From assembly GCA_012295275.1 (NCBI GenBank), contig CM022675.1:4464001-4528000 (forward strand): a stretch of 64,000 nt of DNA, read 5' to 3'. This DNA comes from Chrysomallon squamiferum. Lineage: Eukaryota; Animalia; Mollusca. Positions 55,122 to 64,000 of the stretch are shown one piece after another. The notes beneath the pieces were generated by a model. It was given only the letters and a program-made list of their open reading frames with translations, did no database searches and was not told the DNA's origin. How positions within the stretch are numbered: position 1 is the stretch's first letter; the number at the start of each line of letters is the position of its first letter. The translations under genes were made by a program, and so were the position numbers.

Positions 55122-58100
55122 GTTACTATTTCACATATATACATACATACACACACACATACCTGTATACGTACATATAGTTAGCTATATATACATAAAT
55201 ATGTACATAGAAACATACATTCATACCTAGATATATATATATATATATTTGTCTGTGATTATATTTAATTAATAAACAAATCGACTTTTTAACAATTTGT
55301 TTTACTGTGTTGTTTTATACTTACATTTCTGACAAATAGCTGGATTTGTTTGGTCTGATTTGTAATTGTAATATAATTTGTTATTTTCAGTAAACCATAC
55401 CATCCTTTTAAGATCAACTCCTGAAACTGGTTTCTGAAACGATACCACACTACCTGCAAGATTTAAAACAAGTATTTTAGAATTTTGTTTTACACAGAGG
55501 AAGAACTAACAACAAATACTGAATATCTATTCTATGTCGCTTTCAGCAGCAAAAAGACCAGTTAAATAAAAATGAACAACAACAATAACAAAAATATTAT
55601 CGAAGTCTGTGCGCACATTCACACAAACACACACACACACGCACACACACACACAGAGACACTCACACAATATAACTAACACACAAAGACCCAAACACAT
55701 ACTTCCACACAAACACAACACAAGATGTATACAGATTTCTGACTGCAATTTACCATCAATCCACAGCAGTTTGACATCTCTGTGGAGTCCAATCCAGTAG
55801 TAAAGATTTGTTTGTAGCAGATTCTGCAGTGATGACACTGTACTGCTGCTTATTTTAAACATGTCAAACTGTCTGCTTGCATAGTTCCATGACATCCTCC
55901 GTTGTGAAATACAAGTTTCAGAATCACAGTAGTATTCTAAAAAGAGATAATCAATATGATGTTATAATGAACGAATATTTCATTTTATTTCATTTTTGAT
56001 ATTACATCGTTCTTCATTGATAATAATAACAACAACAACAACAACAACAACAATAATAATAATAATAATAATAATTATAATTATAATAATAAATATAATA
56101 AATATAATAATAATAATAGCAATCATCATCATCATCTTATTATTTATTTATTAGATATTTGAACTTTGTTAAAACTATTACCTGTATAAAGTGTATATGC
56201 TCTGTAGCTGTCACAGTTTTGAAAACCAATTGTAAAATTGTCAGAATTGAACTTGACGTAGCCGCAGCGCTTGATTCCGTCAGCGCTGTCGTCGATTGTA
56301 ACTGAAGACGGAAGATATGTAATGAAGTGATTTATATATTATTGTAATTTTCACTGCATCTGTGCATTCATTCGTTCATTCATTCATTCGTTTGTTCATA
56401 CAATCACACATTTGTTTCTTTTACTGATGTTAGTAAAATAATATAAAAAGATAAATATTTTAAAAATTGTTAACGTTATTAGTGTCACCTGTTCTATAAA
56501 CAGAAATTGTGTTTCGTCCTCCGCAGAATTCTTCATATGTCCCTGCACATCGAACTCGTTTTGTAGTTGACTTCACAGGACTTGCTGTGTCAGAGATTTT
56601 ACAGTAACACTGCTTTCCCTACAAAACACAAAAAATAATAACAATAATAATAAAAAGAAGAAGAAGGATAATGGTAGTAGTAATGGTAGAAGTGGCAATA
56701 GTAGTAGAAGAAGATGATGATGAAGTGGTTGCCGCAGTGACAGTTTAATAGTAGAAGTATACCTGTCTGTGTGTCCCTTTTGTATGTGTGTGTTTCAGGT
56801 AATCTAAAACAAGTTTATATTTAACACTTTTTGTTTTTAATTCAGTCTTTATGAAGAGAAGAATTTATTAACCTGTAAACCAATTTTTCCATTGCTTGGT
56901 TTGCATTGCTGGAGGCATTTAAAAGCATCATTGTCTTGTATTGAATATTTACTACTCAAACTCCCAACATCGATATCTCCAACGTACTGGAATAATTTGT
57001 CTTTGGTCTCTGAAAACAGCAATAACAACAATCGATAATAAAATAATACAAAAAAATTATAATAAAAAAATTGAATAAAAAAACAATAAATCAATCAATC
57101 AAATATTATTTAGTTACTACCCATGTTTGTACGGTTGTGTCTGCAGTGTACAGACTGGCGAAGTAATTAAATACTCTTCCATGTTCTGACCTTCAGGCAG
57201 CATCAGCGCCGCAATAATGACGTTGTTAACTTAAGACAGTAGAATTAGTGATGTATTTGAGAGGTGTCGTCGAGAAGACGTACAGCGATGGATGAGTATT
57301 TGAAAAAATGAAGACTCCGAACTGGATCCTGAACAAAATTCTAAGAAAGTTAAAAAAGTAAAGTGGGTGGTGGTCAAGAGAAAGCAAACTCGCTGAGCTG
57401 AAGAAAAAAAAGTGAAAGTTATCTTTCGTTTCGATTTACTTTTATTGGGATTCTGGTGCGCTGACTCTATTATGCTTGGGGGAAAAATCTTAACACGTGA
57501 CACGCAAGCTTAAACACCATCTCCAAACAAAACATTCGTCATCTTCAAAGCAACAACACAGACTATTTTGTTTGTATGCGATAAAATACGTAGGAACAGG
57601 AAGTTTTATGAGAAAAACTACAACGGTGTCTGTGAGAGCTCTCAAAGCTATTTACTTAGTAGATGAACTTGTAGCCAAATTTGAAAAAGTCGCACTTAGG
57701 CAGAGACAATAAAATTGCAACTTGATGAGTCTTCTGATATCAGTGGACATGTTCAACTCCTGGCCAAAGTGTGTTTCCTGTTTTGCAAGGCAACGCCACG
57801 AGAAACAACAGGAGAGGAAATGTTTCGTGTCACATCAGAATATCTTGAACAAGGAGGATTCAGCTGGAAAACTGACCGAGAATCTGCACTGGAGGAAAAG
57901 CTACCACTAAAATATTATTTATTTTCTAAATTGAGATTAAAAATAAATTATACCTACCAGTCCACATCCACGGTGTATACGTCTCAAAAGCTCCTACCCA
58001 ATAGTCTGTGTCTTCTTCCATTACAGAAAAAAGTTTGTTTTTGTCTAAACCAGAATGATGAACAACGAGTCTGCCTCCTGCCTCCTCACAGCCAGAATAC

Positions 58101-58924
58101 GCTGCCTCCCACCAAGTTTGATTTTTATCCAGAGTAAAATATTCTTCTAACATTTCTTCTTGTTTTCTGTCAGACCACGGACCTGTGTTAATTTATTAAT
58201 ATTTATCTTAATTATTTATTTTGAAATATGTTGCAGAAATTTATAAATATTAATCGTTTTAAGCCATACTCTGCTTGAGTCAAGATATGTCATATTGAAA
58301 CATGTGATACTGCTGTGTTATTATTTTAGTTATGCTATGTTATATAACAGCTTATAATTAAGTTATGTTAGGCTATTTTAAGTAATTTTCCGTTTATAGT
58401 AAGGAGTGTATTTTTAAAAGATATTATGTTAAAACCTGCTATTTTACGGTATTATGTAATATTTTTACCTATTAAGACATGTTATCTGAAGTTGAAACTC
58501 TCATTTAAATTGTATTAGCTTGTGTTGTTAGGCTACGCAGTTATTTTGATTTTCATCACTATCATTATTTTTGTTTGTGTTTTGTTGTTGTTGTTGTTGT
58601 TATTATTAACTATGATACAAGCATTTCATGTTAAAACTCCATTAAACATTCAATAGACGCTATTTTGAAAATGGTCTGCTTCTGTACTTTGAAAAATAAT
58701 AAGCATATACAAGAAATAACAATTCTAAAATCCCTTTTAATCAACGAATAAAAGTTAAATAAACTTAAAAATTTTAAGTTATGTCCCCCTCCCTTACACA
58801 TATTTGAAAAGTCTTGAAGTGTAACGTACAGTTAATTTAAATAAATAAAAAACTTACTTAGTCTTTCTGCACCTGTAACCTGATTGTAGATCGTTAATAT
58901 AATCACTGCTGTTACTAAATTCAT
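52893..58924 (-). CDS. Receptor copy D (short-tail class) with a divergent second CTLD; exon-5 acceptor mutated
   Basis: Exons 58924-58858, 58182-57958, 57009-56873, 56618-56489, 56316-56182 (acceptor cat instead of cag), 55936-55754 (YYCDSETCISQRRMSWNYASRQF..YYWIGLHRDVKLLWID), 55453-55325 (GSVVSFQKPVSG..PAICQK), 54990-54781 (longer stalk), 53991-53916 (AYVGGGVTAVILVVLVIAAVVVWSRR) and 53466-52893. Confidence 0.85.
57150..57875 (+). mobile_element. Internally deleted hAT (Charlie/Buster, ZBED5/8-like) transposase remnant in intron 2 of copy D
   Basis: KLKHHLQTKHSS, ALKAIYLVDELVAK and LQLDESSDISGHVQLLA..FLFCK....TTGEEMFRVTSEYLEQGGFSW are hallmark Buster/Charlie motifs; frames are broken; absent from copies A and B. 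Confidence 0.85.
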
Positions 58925-59491
58925 TATTTCTTTTTGTGTTCTTCTCTTTATTTTTATATCCGAAATTTCTTACGCAAGTCGATATAAAACCGAGCTTTGC
59001 TAAAACCATCAAGTTAGTAGATATTAATACACAGAGTAATCAAACAAAACCACGAGTCTGTTAGATAAAGAATCGATCAACTGGAACCTTAGCCCACACA
59101 GCTAGTCGCTTCACAGTAAAGCTTGATCAATGACTGGCTACTTAGATTACAGAATACATTGTTTGTAACTTTGTGTCGTGTGATTAGAAACGATACGTCC
59201 GCTTTACTAATGTAACTACTAGTACAATACAATGAATTACATACATACATACACACGTACATTCACAAATACATGCATGCATGCATATACAGTTACATAC
59301 ATCTAGACACATACGAATACAAACACACAAAATATAAATACAGTTTATTTTCACCTATTCACAACATATTTTCATATCCAGCTGTTCCCAGCTAATTTTC
59401 ACATACATACCTATTCCCAGCTTATTTTCATGTAGACGTGTTCACGGCTTGTTTTCACGTACACATATTACCAGCTAATGTTCAGGATGAC

Positions 59492-59587
<96 letters not shown>

Positions 59588-59589
59588 CA

Positions 59590-59626
<37 letters not shown>

Positions 59627-59994
59627 ATTTACATTATTAAATATATATGATCTGTGAGAAATAAGTGACTGATAACAGTGATTTGAGATGATAGTCACTC
59701 TGTTAGTTAAAGTTTGCTGTTTGTTGTTGTAATCAGTTAACTAGAACTTCACACTGTTTATACAGATGGACCCAGTCTATGAAGTCTGAAAAGCAATCAT
59801 GCAAAGATGTCGAGATGTCAAGGACAGTTGTCTCACAAAAACAGTTAAAATAAAATTAATATATTACATTACACTAAGTTTCACAGTTGTAGTTCCCTCA
59901 TCTAGAGAGCTCGTCACTGCAAATGCTGAAATGTAATATAACCCACATAAACACGAATATACCTCTTGAAAGACAGCGCGCATGTGTGTGTGAG

Positions 59995-60081
<87 letters not shown>

Positions 60082-60768
60082 CGATGTAATTTTTTAATTT
60101 CAAACTTCAAAGGCCCGTTCTGAAGCGACATTTTCTCTGGAAAATAGTTAACAGACTTTACAGAAATTTTTAATAAAGCTTTTCTACTACTTTCGGGTGA
60201 CAAAACCTTTTATACTGGAAAAACAGATGAAAATAAGATTTTTGTTTGGTAGAGGTTGTTTATAAGAAGAAAACTCGTAGACAAAACCTCGTGAACGTAA
60301 CAAGTAGTGTATGAACGATGTTAGTGAAACACGTTCGGAAAACCAAACAAAATGGCCGCTGTTCCAAAGTACTTTCAGTTAAAATAAAAACTTTTCCTTC
60401 ACAACACAAAATAACACTGGCGCAATAAACACAAAATTTAGAATTCAAATTTTCCCATTTGTCCAGTTTTTATTCAAATAGCACTTGAAACAGGGAATAA
60501 ATCAATCGTTCGAAAGTGAAAATATTGCGAAATACCAGATAATCCATTTGAATAGTACCGAGGTTTACTATATCTCAATAACGTTAGATTAATATTTCGA
60601 AACAGAAAATGAAAAACGTATATGAAAAATTATTAAAATAAAATATTAAAATATCATTAGATGATTATATAGAATAGGTATATAATATGAAGTAATGTAG
60701 TATAAAGATATATATTTTCTTTTTTACCTTGATGTTTTTCATTTATTATTTTACTATATACAGATATC

Positions 60769-61534
60769 AAGTGGTACCTTGACTTACGAGTTTAATTCGT
60801 TCTGTGACCGAGCTCGTATCTCAATTTGTTCGTATATCAAATCAATTTTGCCAACTGAAATTAATTGAAATACTAATAATCCGTTCCAGCCAACAATAAA
60901 TCACACAAAATTATTGTAACGTGTTTTTAAATAAGAAAAATGTTTTTTATGAATGAAAAATATTGTATAAAAACAAAATAAAAGAGAATGTAAAGAAATA
61001 ACTTGGTTTTGTAAAATGTATTTATCTTGGAGATCAGAGAAATTATTTTAAGGCGTTTGGCTGGAGTTACAGCCTTTATCGATTCCTTCAGCTTCAGTAT
61101 GGTACATATTGTAGAAGTACTACGCTCGTACTGCCTAGCCAAGTCGACTATATGCCCTCCTTGATCATGTTTTTCTGTGATTTCATCCTTTAATTCAATG
61201 GACATCATCCGCTTCTTCTTCTCAGCACTGTCCTTTGCACTCACTTTCTTAGGATCCATGTTCAGAAAAAAGAAATTTGCGAAAATTACAGAAAAACACG
61301 ACCATAACAGAACAGACATGCTTCCGCGGTGAGGTAACCACGTGAAGTAAACGAGTGAGAGCGGGAATGCTGGGCGGATGTTGTGTTGTTCGTTGCGCCA
61401 ACTAACGGCAGTGCATCTGAAACTCGGTCGTAACTCGGATTCTGGCTCGCCACTGAAAGCAAAAAATTCGCCGGGCGACTGCTCGTAACTCGAAAAACTC
61501 GTATATCAGGCACTCGCAAATCGAGGTACCAATG
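60769..61534 (-). mobile_element. Tigger/pogo deletion derivative retaining the N-terminal HTH (CENP-B/psq) coding segment
   Basis: MDPKKVSAKDSAEKKKRMMSIELKDEITEKHDQGGHIVDLARQYERSTSTICTILK at about 61260-61030; TIRs agtggtaccttgacttacgag ... ctcgcaaatcgaggtaccaatg-ta. Confidence 0.85.
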
Positions 61535-62396
61535 TATATATACAAACATACATAGACACATATAGACATACTTACACATGCATAAATATACAGACACTGT
61601 TGAGGTATTTTATATAATAGTTTATGTAATAAATGTGTGCATGAAGTAAGGTTTGTGATTGCTTCATCTACTGGAAAACTGTAACACATCACAAACTGGA
61701 ATTTAGGATTTCTGAATTTTGAATAAATTTTCCTTAACCTTTTATAATAATAAGAAAAAAATAATAAAGAAACAAAACATAACTAAATAATAAAAATAAC
61801 AAATGATAACAATATAAAAATAAAAAATAAATTTAAAAAAAAGGTGGATTTCAGAAAACACTTCCCTGAAGCGACAAATTTTGTTTTAGTGCACGTTAAT
61901 ACTTAAAATGTTAGTATAAGAAGAGATTTCACAAATCACAGAAATAAGAAAAAAAATAAATTGCATTGACGAAAAGTTCATTTAGATGTTAGGATAAACT
62001 ACAAATACAAAGGAAAAGGTAAAAATAATAATACAAATAATCAAACAATAAAAGCGGTATTAGACACTAATAACACCGTGTTTAAAACAACAACAACAAC
62101 ATCAAAATAAATAATAAAATAACTCTTAAATAATAATAATAATAAAAAGTGGTATGAGACACTTTTAAGATGGATTTCAAAAAACACTTCATAGCAGACG
62201 ACAAATTTTGTACCAAATTATCGATCGAGTTACTACTGACTTCAGAAATTTCCAGAACAAAATAAAAAGTTCCACTGCCTTCAGAAACGTTGTCGTTGTT
62301 GTCGAAATCGTCGTGGACGTTATCAGAGATTTCTGATTTCCTAGTAGGAATGTGATTGTTAGACGAAGCAGTGTGTCTATACAGACTGGGTTGTGG

Positions 62397-64000
<1,604 letters not shown>

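Overview
AT-rich, microsatellite-dense eukaryotic DNA with GT-AG introns and two 200-N scaffold gaps (29060-29259, 51420-51619). It is probably molluscan, likely a gastropod; this is inferred from the TTAGGG repeats, the SINE/LINE style and the receptor family, and is not proven. From about 8 kb to the end, the window is a head-to-tail, minus-strand tandem array of one 10-exon single-pass receptor family that the ORF track shows only as fragments. The domain order is: signal peptide / C-type-lectin-like domain (CTLD) split by a nested WSC-like domain / second CTLD / Ser-Thr stalk / TM helix / long cytoplasmic tail of repeated tyrosine motifs (S-[DEHN]-[VIL]-YxxL...DYD). I count 7 leader exons and 7 tail segments. 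These make up three full exon sets (A, B, D), two partial long-tail copies (C, E), one decayed copy (F), three orphan leaders and one error-rich tail duplicate beside a gap. The second CTLD, stalk and tail differ strongly between copies, while CTLD1/WSC is nearly invariant. The first 8 kb hold a rearranged DNAJB11-like locus: a 1.4-kb inverted duplication, a probable orphan first exon and four 3' exons on the opposite strand, fused to a broken receptor copy. Also present are TTAGGG-containing higher-order satellites, 29-bp and 27-bp minisatellites, Tigger/pogo and hAT remnants, a LINE 3' end and a tRNA-derived SINE head. All exon boundaries and alignments were read by eye.
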